From IMG/VR virus record IMGVR_UViG_3300024319_000003, positions 103,697 through 167,696 of that record: a stretch of 64,000 bases of DNA; one strand, given 5' to 3'. A program made the position numbers and the translations under genes. Origin of the DNA: a virus. Within the stretch, counting starts at the first letter, position 1; every line of letters begins with the position of its first letter. Under the pieces are notes generated by a model that ran no database searches, was not told the DNA's origin, and saw nothing but the letters and a program-made list of their open reading frames with translations. Of the stretch, positions 49,706 through 58,240 are shown in pieces.

Positions 49706-51421
49706 ATGAGCATAACAGTAGATACCTCGGCGTGGGAAGCAGGCAAGGATTATCCAGAATGGATGAACGAAATTTCAATAGCAACAATATCAAAAGGTTA
49801 CTTACTACCTGACGAAACACCAAAAAAAGCCTATAGGCGGGTTGCTTCAACAGTAGCTAGTAGATTAGATAGACCTGATTTAGAAAATAAATTTTTTAGG
49901 TACATGTGGAAAGGTTGGTTAAATCTTGCTTCACCGGTACTTTCTAATACGGGAACAGATAAAGGGTTACCTATATCTTGCTTTGGAATAGATACACCAG
50001 ATTCTATTAGAGGTATTGGACTCACAAATGCTGAACTGATGAGATTAACATCACTTGGAGGAGGAGTTGGAATTGGACTTTCGAAAGTAAGAGGAAGAGG
50101 AGAACAAATCGGAAGAGAAGGTATTGGACAATCAGAAGGAGTTGTACCATGGGCTAAGATTTACGATTCTACAATTATTGCGACTAACCAAGGAGCAGTA
50201 AGGAGAGGAGCAGCATCTGTAAACCTTGATATTAATCACCCAGATATTGAAGAATTTTTACAAATTAGAAGACCAAAAGGAGACCCTAATAGACAGTGTC
50301 TAAACCTTCATCAATGTGTTGTAGTGGATGATACATTTATGCAAAAATTAGAGCATAGAGACGTTGAAGCTATGGGTACGTGGGTAACTATATTGAAGTC
50401 TCGTATGGAAACAGGAGAACCTTATATAATGTTTAAGGATACTGTTAATAATGCTAATCCTCCCGCGTATAAGAGAAATAACTTAGATGTTTCAATGACT
50501 AATATATGTTCAGAAATTACATTACATACTGATGAAGAACATAGTTTTATTTGTTGCTTATCTTCTTTAAACTTAACAAAGTACCACGAATGGAAGAATA
50601 GTGATTTAGTAGAAACTGCTACTTACTTCTTAGATGGAGTATTGGAAGAGTTTTTAGCTAAGACTTCTGGAAGAGATTCACTAATTAGAGCTCATAGGTC
50701 AGCTAAAAAAGGAAGAGCATTAGGTTTAGGTGTACTAGGATGGCATACTTTCCTGCAGAACGAAAGAATACCTTTTGATTCAATAGCAGCAACGTCGTAT
50801 ACTCATCAAATATTTTCTGACATTAAACAAAAAGCAGAAAATGCTTCAAGAAAATTAGCAAATGAATATGGAGAACCAGTATGGTGTAAAGGTACAGGAA
50901 TGAGAAATAGTCACTTATTGGCTATAGCTCCAACAGTATCTAACTCTACAATCTCAGGAGGAGTTTCAGCAGGAATAGAACCAGTACCAGCAAACGTATA
51001 TACTTTTAACTCTGCTAAAGGTACATTTATTAGAAAGAACCCAGCATTAGAATCTTACTTAAGTGAAAAAGGTCATAACACAGAAGAAGTTTGGGATCAA
51101 ATTATGCTGGATAGAGGAAGTATTGCTAATTTACCTGAAGAAATAATGCCAGCAGAAGATAAGCCTATCTTTTTAACCTTTGCTGAAATAAATCAGTTAA
51201 AATTAGTAGAACAAGCAGCAGCAAGACAGAAATATATTGATCAAACCCAATCTCTTAATTTAGCATTTGATCCTACCGATAATCCTAAATTTATTAACGA
51301 AGTACATCAAACCGCATGGAGGTTAGGAGTAAAAACACTGTACTACCTAAGAACAGATTCAGTTATTAATGGAGATATTGGGAGTAGAACAGCAACAGAT
51401 TGCTTAAGTTGTGACGGATAA
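49706..51421 (+). CDS. nrdA: Class I ribonucleotide reductase alpha subunit (no ATP cone)
   Basis: ASPVL, PISCF, GGGVG, RRGA, TNICSEI, APT, KTLYY motifs and C-terminal CLSC. Confidence 0.95.
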   Translation: MSITVDTSAWEAGKDYPEWMNEISIATISKGYLLPDETPKKAYRRVASTVASRLDRPDLENKFFRYMWKGWLNLASPVLSNTGTDKGLPISCFGIDTPDSIRGIGLTNAELMRLTSLGGGVGIGLSKVRGRGEQIGREGIGQSEGVVPWAKIYDSTIIATNQGAVRRGAASVNLDINHPDIEEFLQIRRPKGDPNRQCLNLHQCVVVDDTFMQKLEHRDVEAMGTWVTILKSRMETGEPYIMFKDTVNNANPPAYKRNNLDVSMTNICSEITLHTDEEHSFICCLSSLNLTKYHEWKNSDLVETATYFLDGVLEEFLAKTSGRDSLIRAHRSAKKGRALGLGVLGWHTFLQNERIPFDSIAATSYTHQIFSDIKQKAENASRKLANEYGEPVWCKGTGMRNSHLLAIAPTVSNSTISGGVSAGIEPVPANVYTFNSAKGTFIRKNPALESYLSEKGHNTEEVWDQIMLDRGSIANLPEEIMPAEDKPIFLTFAEINQLKLVEQAAARQKYIDQTQSLNLAFDPTDNPKFINEVHQTAWRLGVKTLYYLRTDSVINGDIGSRTATDCLSCDG

Positions 51422-51422
51422 A

Positions 51423-51452
51423 GTTGCTACTTAGATTAAATTTTCGTATATT
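51423..51452 (+). promoter_or_regulatory. GTTG-N20-TATATT promoter
   Basis: Recurrent motif. Confidence 0.72.
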
Positions 51453-51470
51453 AATATAAAGATTATAAGA

Positions 51471-51731
51471 ATGACAAAAGCTATTAAATTTTATGCAGAC
51501 TGGTGTGGACCATGTAAAGCGTATTCAAGAATATGGAATAAAGTCGAGGAAGACTTCAAACATACAGATGTAGAGTTTACCGAAATTAACATAGATAAAG
51601 ACACTTCAGGACTTGCAGCAGAATACAGAGTTAGATCAATACCCTTTACAGTAATTATCAAAGACGAAGAGGTACGTAAACAGGTAGGTGTGTTAGACGA
51701 AGATGTATTAAAAGAGTTATTAATAAATTAA
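51471..51731 (+). CDS. trxA: Thioredoxin
   Basis: FYADWCGPCK active site and the cis-Pro motif SIP. Confidence 0.95.
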   Translation: MTKAIKFYADWCGPCKAYSRIWNKVEEDFKHTDVEFTEINIDKDTSGLAAEYRVRSIPFTVIIKDEEVRKQVGVLDEDVLKELLIN

Positions 51732-51740
51732 ATAAAAAAA

Positions 51741-52040
51741 ATGTTACGACAACCAGATTCAATACCCGCTAGTGATACTGTAATAACAGATCCAGCATTA
51801 GAACCTTTCTTTATTACTAGATCTCAAACAGGAGGTTTTACATTATATGAAAGAGTAGTAAAAGGAGTGAACGACACAGAGTATATTAAAACAATATGCT
51901 ACCCATCAAACTTTAATTTTGCAATCAAAAAAGCAGCAGAAGAATTATTAAATGCAAATAGATCTTTTGATAGCATAAAAGAATACGTTAAAGAGTATAG
52001 AATTATTCAGGAAAAATTATCTTCCTTTTTAGACAACTAA
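51741..52040 (+). CDS. Hypothetical protein
   Basis: 99 aa ORF in the operon. Confidence 0.7.
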   Translation: MLRQPDSIPASDTVITDPALEPFFITRSQTGGFTLYERVVKGVNDTEYIKTICYPSNFNFAIKKAAEELLNANRSFDSIKEYVKEYRIIQEKLSSFLDN

Positions 52041-52046
52041 TAGTAA

Positions 52047-52074
52047 GCGTTAGCCTATACGCGAAATACCTGGC
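52047..52074 (+). promoter_or_regulatory. Candidate pseudoknotted RNA leader upstream of queC
   Basis: GCGT/ACGC stem; loop GCC can pair with downstream GGC; a GC-rich island in an AT-rich gap. Confidence 0.35.
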
Positions 52075-52094
52075 AAATATTAAATAAGTAAATT

Positions 52095-52883
52095 ATGGCA
52101 CATTGTGTAGTAAGTTTAAGTGGTGGAATGGATAGTAGCACCCTATTGTTAAGAGCTATCGAAAAGTATGATACTGTAACAGGTATATCATTTGACTACG
52201 GTCAAAAACACAGAGTTGAACTTGAAAGAGCTCAATCGTTAATTGATTATCTAGCAGATAAAGGTCACAAAGTAAATTATCGTCAAATTAAATTAGATGG
52301 ATTAGTAGACTTACTAGATTCAGCTTTAACTGAAGGAGGTAAAGATGTACCAGAAGGTCATTACGAGCAAGAGAATATGAAAGAAACTGTTGTTCCTAAT
52401 AGAAACAAAATGTTCGCTTCTATAACTCAAGCAGTAGCTTTATCAGTAGCAAATAAAACAGGAGAACCTTGTGATATCGCTTTAGGTATTCATGCTGGTG
52501 ATCATGCAGTTTATCCTGATTGTAGACAAGAATTTAGAGATGCAGATGATAAGGCATTTAGAATGGGAAATTGGGATGCAGATAGAGTAGGTTATTTCAC
52601 ACCTTATTTAGATACTGATAAATTTGGTATCTTACAAGATGGATTAAATTTATGTGAGGTTCTAGATTTAGATTTTGATGAAGTTTATAGAAGAACAAAC
52701 ACATCATATAAACCTTACCCGTCAGGAAATAGTGATTATAAGTCAGCATCTTCAGTAGAACGTATTGAAGCATTTATTGCATTAGGAAGACCTGATCCAG
52801 TACAGTATGAAGATGAAACAGGAGAAGTTGGTTATGAAGTTGCAAGAAGACACGTTGAAAACGTTTTATCATCATATTTATAA
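52095..52883 (+). CDS. queC: 7-cyano-7-deazaguanine (preQ0) synthase
   Basis: SGGMDS, FDYGQKH, VPNRN and YPDCR motifs. Confidence 0.95.
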   Translation: MAHCVVSLSGGMDSSTLLLRAIEKYDTVTGISFDYGQKHRVELERAQSLIDYLADKGHKVNYRQIKLDGLVDLLDSALTEGGKDVPEGHYEQENMKETVVPNRNKMFASITQAVALSVANKTGEPCDIALGIHAGDHAVYPDCRQEFRDADDKAFRMGNWDADRVGYFTPYLDTDKFGILQDGLNLCEVLDLDFDEVYRRTNTSYKPYPSGNSDYKSASSVERIEAFIALGRPDPVQYEDETGEVGYEVARRHVENVLSSYL

Positions 52884-52906
52884 TCTTGAATTTAAATAAT
52901 TAAGAT

Positions 52907-53053
52907 ATGAGCACTCAAAGTAACCAAACAAACGGTAACACTCAGCTTAATTCTGAAAGAAATAAACTCAACAGTAGAGTAGATAAACTCAGAATGCTTA
53001 GTCAAACCAAAAAAGTACAGTGGGATGGTATGCGAAGACATCGCACCATCTAA
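52907..53053 (+). CDS. Small basic ORF (48 aa), absent from the supplied track
   Basis: MSTQSNQTNG...WDGMRRHRTI*, preceded by TATTTATA at 52875. Confidence 0.5.
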   Translation: MSTQSNQTNGNTQLNSERNKLNSRVDKLRMLSQTKKVQWDGMRRHRTI

Positions 53054-53058
53054 AGGTA

Positions 53059-53132
<74 letters not shown>

Positions 53133-53150
53133 CAACAAATATGAATAAAA

Positions 53151-53180
53151 GTTGTTTTATAAGTTTATTATTCATATATT
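53151..53180 (+). promoter_or_regulatory. GTTG-N20-TATATT promoter driving the queD/queE unit
   Basis: Recurrent motif, directly upstream of aptamer 1. Confidence 0.72.
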
Positions 53181-53194
53181 AGTTATAAGACAAT

Positions 53195-53222
53195 AGTGTC
53201 GTAGCACCACTTTAAAAACACG
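53195..53222 (+). ncRNA. preQ1-I-like riboswitch aptamer 1
   Basis: AGUG-UCGUAGCAC-CACU-UUAAAAACACG: P1 stem, UCGYAG..C loop and A-rich tail, ending 3 nt before the ATG. Confidence 0.7.
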
Positions 53223-53225
53223 AAT

Positions 53226-53429
53226 ATGAATAAAGTAGTAAAAGAAAACTTCCAAGGAATTAAGATCAACGATCATAAAATTCCAGATCCAAAATTACAT
53301 CAATTAGTAAGTTTTATAAAATCCGGTATAAGAATACTGGGGTATATTTGCATACCCTTTAGTCTGGTATGGGCTACAATCTTTTTAGTTTTAAGTGAGG
53401 TAGTAGGAATAATAGAAGAATTAGTTTAA
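53226..53429 (+). CDS. Small membrane protein
   Basis: 67 aa with hydrophobic C-terminal half (KSGIRILG...LVLSEVVGIIEELV). Confidence 0.75.
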   Translation: MNKVVKENFQGIKINDHKIPDPKLHQLVSFIKSGIRILGYICIPFSLVWATIFLVLSEVVGIIEELV

Positions 53430-53438
53430 ATAAAAATT

Positions 53439-53903
53439 ATGGGAAAATTTCAATCAAGTAAAGTTTTTGACGGATTTAGTACAGTGTTTCGTCAACATTC
53501 AGCAGAAAACACACACTGTAGATTCCTACACGGGTACGGTATATCATTTAAAGTATATTTTGAAGGAGATTTAGATGAAAGAAACTGGGTCTGGGATTTT
53601 GGAGGTATGAAAAGAGCTAAAACCTTAATAGACGGCAAATCACCGAAAGAGTGGATGGATTTTATGTTTGACCACACCTTTATAGTAGCAGCAGATGATC
53701 CATTCTTAGAATCTTTTAAGAGGATGGCAGAAGCAGGAGTTGCACAGGTAAGAGTAATACCAGCTACAGGAGCAGAGAAATTTGCAGAGTATATCTTTAA
53801 CAAACTAAATGAATTTGTTAGTAAAGAAACAGAAGGTAGAGTTAAAGTTATTAAAGTAAAATTTATGGAACACGGTAAAAACGCAGCGTATTATGTTGGA
53901 TAA
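53439..53903 (+). CDS. queD: 6-carboxy-5,6,7,8-tetrahydropterin synthase
   Basis: C.FLHGY, WVWDFG, FDH and T.AE motifs of the PTPS/QueD fold. Confidence 0.92.
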   Translation: MGKFQSSKVFDGFSTVFRQHSAENTHCRFLHGYGISFKVYFEGDLDERNWVWDFGGMKRAKTLIDGKSPKEWMDFMFDHTFIVAADDPFLESFKRMAEAGVAQVRVIPATGAEKFAEYIFNKLNEFVSKETEGRVKVIKVKFMEHGKNAAYYVG

Positions 53904-54681
53904 GAAGTTAAAAAGAATAGAGGATTACGATAAGAACCTACCTATTGTAGAGATATATACTGCAGTACAATCTGAAGGTTCAAGAGCAGGGTACCCAACA
54001 GTAGTAATTAGAACTACAGGGTGTACACACAGATGTTACTTCGGTGAAGGAGGATGGTGTGATAGTTGGTATACAAGTATTCATCCGGAAAAAGGGCATT
54101 TTAATTTCAAAGATATTATTAAAGCATATGAAGATAATCCTCATATAAAAGAAATGATGTTGACTGGTGGTTCACCAACAATGCATCCAGCCTTAGTAAA
54201 CGAACTAACACACTTTGCACATGAAAACAACATATTCATTACTATTGAAACTGAGGGATCTCATTTTCTTCCTACCGATTATCCTATTAATTTGCTTAGC
54301 ATTAGTCCTAAGTTTAGTAATAGTGTCCCCGTTGTTGGTGTTACAACTCCTCAGGGATCCATTACCGACGAAAGAATGGTAAAACGTCATAATAAGTTTA
54401 GACTTAATTATGAAGCAATAAGACAATCAATTGATTACCATTCTGATTACCATATTAAACCTGTATGGGACGGTAAAGATGAAGGAGCATTATCAGAGAT
54501 TATGGAATGTATCGATATCTTAGAAGTACCTCAACATAAAGTTTGGTTTATGCCTGCTGGAGATTCAAGAGAAGCACTGTTTAAATCTTACCCGGTATTA
54601 TTTGATTGGGTTAGAGATAATGGTTATAGAATGACTTGGAGACCGCACATTATTGCTTTCGAAGATCAAAGAGAGGTATAA
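53893..54681 (+). CDS. queE: 7-carboxy-7-deazaguanine synthase (radical SAM)
   Basis: E.YTAVQSEG..G.P, GCTHRCYFGEGGWCDS (extended Cys motif), TGGSP, ETEG, ISPK. Confidence 0.93.
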   Translation: MLDKKLKRIEDYDKNLPIVEIYTAVQSEGSRAGYPTVVIRTTGCTHRCYFGEGGWCDSWYTSIHPEKGHFNFKDIIKAYEDNPHIKEMMLTGGSPTMHPALVNELTHFAHENNIFITIETEGSHFLPTDYPINLLSISPKFSNSVPVVGVTTPQGSITDERMVKRHNKFRLNYEAIRQSIDYHSDYHIKPVWDGKDEGALSEIMECIDILEVPQHKVWFMPAGDSREALFKSYPVLFDWVRDNGYRMTWRPHIIAFEDQREV

Positions 54682-54815
54682 TGACTAAAGATGAAGCTTT
54701 AGAGGTATTAGAAGAAGTAGCAGAAAATATAAATACTTGTTGTGCTATAACAATGGAACCAGACGAAGTATTAGTATTAATAGATAAATTAAAAAGTTAT
54801 ATAGAAAATGAATGA
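54681..54815 (+). CDS. Small acidic ORF (44 aa), absent from the track
   Basis: MTKDEALEVLEEVAENINTCCAIT...; TAATG-coupled to queE. Confidence 0.55.
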   Translation: MTKDEALEVLEEVAENINTCCAITMEPDEVLVLIDKLKSYIENE

Positions 54816-54981
54816 ATCACAATTTATAGAATGGTTACGAGGATTTGCAGAAGGAGTGCATCATTATAATATTACTCCTAAACAATGGGACCATTTAAAA
54901 GAGAAGCTACAATCAGTAGGTAGTAAATCTATAGCAAATTACTCTACTGGTAACTGGAAAATGAATCATACATGGGAGTAA
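54808..54981 (+). CDS. Small ORF (57 aa), absent from the track
   Basis: MNESQFIEWLRGFAEG...TPKQWDHLKEKL; overlaps both neighbours as in a coupled operon. Confidence 0.6.
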   Translation: MNESQFIEWLRGFAEGVHHYNITPKQWDHLKEKLQSVGSKSIANYSTGNWKMNHTWE

Positions 54982-55376
54982 AAAAAGTTTATTACGACTG
55001 GGACGATATAAATAAACTACTGGATAAAGTATATGACCAGTGTAAAGGAGATATATCACTAGTAACAGGTGTACCAAGAGGAGGTACAATATTAGCAATA
55101 CTGTTTTCACATAGATTTGATATTCAGTATACTCCTTATATGAGTAACCATTACCCTAGTATGCTTATACTAGATGATATAGCAGATTCAGGAAAAACAT
55201 TTAAAGACTTAGAAGAAGACTTTCCTAACCCTAAATATGGAGCTTTACACTACAAAACAACATCTGTATTTAAACCAGATTACTATGGTGAAGAAATAGA
55301 CGATGATTTTGGCTGGGTAGTATACCCTTGGGAAAAAGAAAATTCAAAACCTATTCAAGATTATTTGGATAATTAA
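54972..55376 (+). CDS. Type I purine phosphoribosyltransferase (Gpt-like)
   Basis: GVPRGG, PRPP loop LILDDIADSGKT, KPDYY and W..YPWE. Confidence 0.88.
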   Translation: MGVKKVYYDWDDINKLLDKVYDQCKGDISLVTGVPRGGTILAILFSHRFDIQYTPYMSNHYPSMLILDDIADSGKTFKDLEEDFPNPKYGALHYKTTSVFKPDYYGEEIDDDFGWVVYPWEKENSKPIQDYLDN

Positions 55377-55393
55377 ATTAAAAATCGTATATT
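55364..55393 (+). promoter_or_regulatory. TTTG-N20-TATATT promoter driving the folE unit
   Basis: Recurrent motif, directly upstream of aptamer 2. Confidence 0.72.
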
Positions 55394-55404
55394 GTATTAA
55401 TAAA

Positions 55405-55431
55405 TGAGTCGTAGAACCTCAATAAAACAAA
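55405..55431 (+). ncRNA. preQ1-I-like riboswitch aptamer 2
   Basis: UGAG-UCGUAGAAC-CUCA-AUAAAACAAA; near-identical loop to aptamer 1 with a different, compensated stem; 9 nt before the folE ATG. Confidence 0.7.
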
Positions 55432-55440
55432 TTAAATATT

Positions 55441-56154
55441 ATGCCTAAAAAATTTATAGACGGAACAGAATTAGTAAAAGCAGGATATGCAAATGGTATA
55501 TCAAGTCAATTAGCTGCAAAACAAGAATTAGAAGGACCTGAAGCAAGGTTAACTGAACATGAGAAAAAAGTAATTATAGAAAGAGCAGCAAATGCTTACG
55601 CAGACTTTTTAACTGCATTAGGATGTGATTATAAAGAAGATCCTAACTCATCAGATACTCCATTTAGAGTAGCTAAAGCATATGTTAATGACTTATGGGC
55701 CGGAAGGTATAACCCTCTAGATAGGATAACAGCATTCCCATCAGACGGATACGACGGAATCGTACAGGAGAGTAATATACCTGTAACCTCTATGTGTTCA
55801 CATCACCACCAAGCTATTAGCGGTACAGTTAGTATTGCTTATATAGCCTCTGAAGACGGTAAAGTAGTAGGGTTATCTAAGTTAAATAGAATAGTAGAAC
55901 AATTCGGTAGAAGAGGAGCTATCCAAGAACAATTAACTGTAGCTATTCATAATGCAGTAGATAAGATCTGTGAAGGTAATTTAGGAGTAGCAGTTCAAAT
56001 AAACGCAACTCATGCATGTGTATCATGTAGAGGAGTAAAACATAGAGGAGCTTCAATGCAAACAGCAAAATTAACAGGAGCATTTTTAAATGAAGATTCT
56101 GCAAAAGCAGAGTTTTATAAGAATATAGAATTAGCATCAATTTGTAAACATTAA
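55441..56154 (+). CDS. folE: GTP cyclohydrolase I
   Basis: TP.RVAK, SMCSHH, GLSKLNR, QEQLT and HACVSCRG motifs. Confidence 0.96.
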   Translation: MPKKFIDGTELVKAGYANGISSQLAAKQELEGPEARLTEHEKKVIIERAANAYADFLTALGCDYKEDPNSSDTPFRVAKAYVNDLWAGRYNPLDRITAFPSDGYDGIVQESNIPVTSMCSHHHQAISGTVSIAYIASEDGKVVGLSKLNRIVEQFGRRGAIQEQLTVAIHNAVDKICEGNLGVAVQINATHACVSCRGVKHRGASMQTAKLTGAFLNEDSAKAEFYKNIELASICKH

Positions 56155-56158
56155 TATT

Positions 56159-56686
56159 ATGGGAAAACAACTATCACTATTTAACGAAGATAATAACGAA
56201 GTATTTTATGCTCCTTCAGTACCATTTGTGGATGAAGTAGAAATATTCAATGATACTTTCGGTAAACCTAACAACTATGTACCTAATATACCTGAGAAAA
56301 AAGATTGGCAATTTGTATATGATTTCATCCTTGAAGAGCTTGAAGAATACAAAGCTGCCTGTGAAGCAGGTGATATTGTTGAGGTTCTTGATGCTTTATG
56401 TGACATTGCCTATGTTTCGTTGGGTAACGGAACTATGCTACATGGGCTTAAAGATAAAATATGGCCAGCGTATCAAGAAGTACAAGGGTCGAATATGTCA
56501 AAGGCTTGTTCAAGCGAAAAGGAAGCACAGAAAACAGTGGAAATTAGAGCAGTTGAGCAAAAGGAACCGTGTCACTACGAAAGGGTTGGTGCTTCTTATG
56601 TTGTCTATAGAACACGTGATAAAAAAGTAATGAAAAGCATAAATTACTATAGACCTAACTTAAAACAATTTTTCAATGAGCAATAA
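56159..56686 (+). CDS. MazG-like (all-alpha) NTP pyrophosphohydrolase
   Basis: EELEEY...EVLDALCDIAYV...SNMSK motif. Confidence 0.85.
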   Translation: MGKQLSLFNEDNNEVFYAPSVPFVDEVEIFNDTFGKPNNYVPNIPEKKDWQFVYDFILEELEEYKAACEAGDIVEVLDALCDIAYVSLGNGTMLHGLKDKIWPAYQEVQGSNMSKACSSEKEAQKTVEIRAVEQKEPCHYERVGASYVVYRTRDKKVMKSINYYRPNLKQFFNEQ

Positions 56687-56906
56687 AATTAATTTAGAAG
56701 ACCATAAAGTTTATATTGAAACACATAAAATGGAAATGGTACCTTTTTCAACAGCAGTTAAAGCAGTCCAAGAAGCATACGAAGATGATTCACAGGAACT
56801 ACTAGACGCTTTAGATATAGCAATAAGCAACTTATCAGTAGAGTTAACGAGTTTAAACCCAACACTAGAAGAATTAAATGATAAAAATAGCACACGAAAG
56901 TCCTAA
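56676..56906 (+). CDS. Hypothetical protein
   Basis: 76 aa ORF overlapping both neighbours. Confidence 0.6.
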   Translation: MSNKINLEDHKVYIETHKMEMVPFSTAVKAVQEAYEDDSQELLDALDIAISNLSVELTSLNPTLEELNDKNSTRKS

Positions 56907-57675
56907 AAGTATTTTTAACGAAGTACAGAGGCACACAGATTACGATTACGCATTAGTTCATCTTTTTGAAGAAGATAAAGAGTATCTTGAACAATTTAAA
57001 ACTGCAATTAAAAACGGTCGAGAAGTAATATTAGATAACTCTATATTTGAACTAGAAGAAGCATTTGATGCTGAAAAGTTTGCATACTGGATCAACGAGC
57101 TAAGACCAACCTGGTATATAGTACCTGACGCATTAGAGGATACTAAGAAAACTATGAGTCAGATGGCAAGCTGGAATATGAATTACTCAAAATCAGTATA
57201 TGGTAAAAAGATAGGAGTAGTACAAGGTAAGACATACAAGCAGATAGTAGCATGTTACGAATATATGGATAAAATTGCTGATGTAGACATGATCGCAATA
57301 TCTTTTGACTATTCGTATTATACCCATTCTATAACTCATCCTAACAAGTACGTTAGTTGGATGCTAGGACGTATTAAGCTACTTGGAGATTTGGTAAGAG
57401 ATGGTATTATAAATGAAAATAAACCTCATCATCTATTAGGTTGCGGACTACCTCAAGAATTTGCATTCTATAAAAACTCAAATTACGATTGGATATATTC
57501 GTTAGATACATCAAATCCAGTAGTTCACGGTATTTTAAATATTAGATACGAAACAGACGGATTATGGGATAAACAAAGACAGAAGCTATTTGAATTAATT
57601 AACTATAAGGTAGAAGATAGTAATTTAATTTTAAATAATATTCAAAAATTTAAATGGTTTACTAATGGTAACTAA
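56878..57675 (+). CDS. dpdA: TGT-fold 7-deazaguanine transglycosylase (phage DpdA family)
   Basis: ILDNS, IVPD, VVQG, HLLG and SLDTS match TGT/DpdA catalytic motifs; no Zn-finger; located inside a que cluster. Confidence 0.8.
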   Translation: MIKIAHESPKSIFNEVQRHTDYDYALVHLFEEDKEYLEQFKTAIKNGREVILDNSIFELEEAFDAEKFAYWINELRPTWYIVPDALEDTKKTMSQMASWNMNYSKSVYGKKIGVVQGKTYKQIVACYEYMDKIADVDMIAISFDYSYYTHSITHPNKYVSWMLGRIKLLGDLVRDGIINENKPHHLLGCGLPQEFAFYKNSNYDWIYSLDTSNPVVHGILNIRYETDGLWDKQRQKLFELINYKVEDSNLILNNIQKFKWFTNGN

Positions 57676-58207
57676 GCCCTGGATAGTATTCTTTAGTCAA
57701 ACTGGTGGAGAAATAGCTGATTTAGCTAAGTCACTTGGTAAATGGCCTGATAGAATATATACTAACGAAAGACCTGAAAGTCTTAGAGAAATAGATCCTA
57801 GAATAGTGGAAAAAGGTTTTTTTACCCTACCTAATAAACCTACTTTAGAAGATTATGAAGAAGTATTAGTATATTTTCCGGAAGCAATAATTACATTACA
57901 CGGTTGGTTACGTATTATGCCGAAAGAAGTATGTGAAAGATTTTCCATCTTTAACGGACATCCAGGCCTAATAACTGAATACCCGGAACTTAAAGGTAAG
58001 GATCCACAGATTAGAGCATTTGAAGGTAAATACCCAGTTATGGGATGTGTTCTTCATAAAGTTGATGCAGGGGTAGATGAAGGTAAAATACTAGCAGAGG
58101 AAAGATTCAATGCTTTTAAGATTACAGAAGAAGAAATGTGGGGTATATTTAGAGATAGATCATTATATATGTGGTCTATATTTTTAAAGAAAATATTTGG
58201 TTTATAA
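57665..58207 (+). CDS. PurN-like formyltransferase (DpdN-like preQ1 formyltransferase)
   Basis: FSQTG, L.GWLRI.P, N.HPGL..YP..KG and G..LH.VDAGVDEG.I match the GAR-transformylase fold; overlaps dpdA. Confidence 0.82.
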   Translation: MVTKPWIVFFSQTGGEIADLAKSLGKWPDRIYTNERPESLREIDPRIVEKGFFTLPNKPTLEDYEEVLVYFPEAIITLHGWLRIMPKEVCERFSIFNGHPGLITEYPELKGKDPQIRAFEGKYPVMGCVLHKVDAGVDEGKILAEERFNAFKITEEEMWGIFRDRSLYMWSIFLKKIFGL

Positions 58208-58225
58208 CATTTTTTTTCTTATATT
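58196..58225 (+). promoter_or_regulatory. TTTG-N20-TATATT promoter
   Basis: Recurrent motif. Confidence 0.7.
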
Positions 58226-58240
58226 AAATAAAAGGTTTTT

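Noticed and set aside
57665-58207. PurN as a purine biosynthesis auxiliary gene
   Set aside because: No other pur genes are present and it overlaps dpdA, so a modification role is more parsimonious, though not proven.
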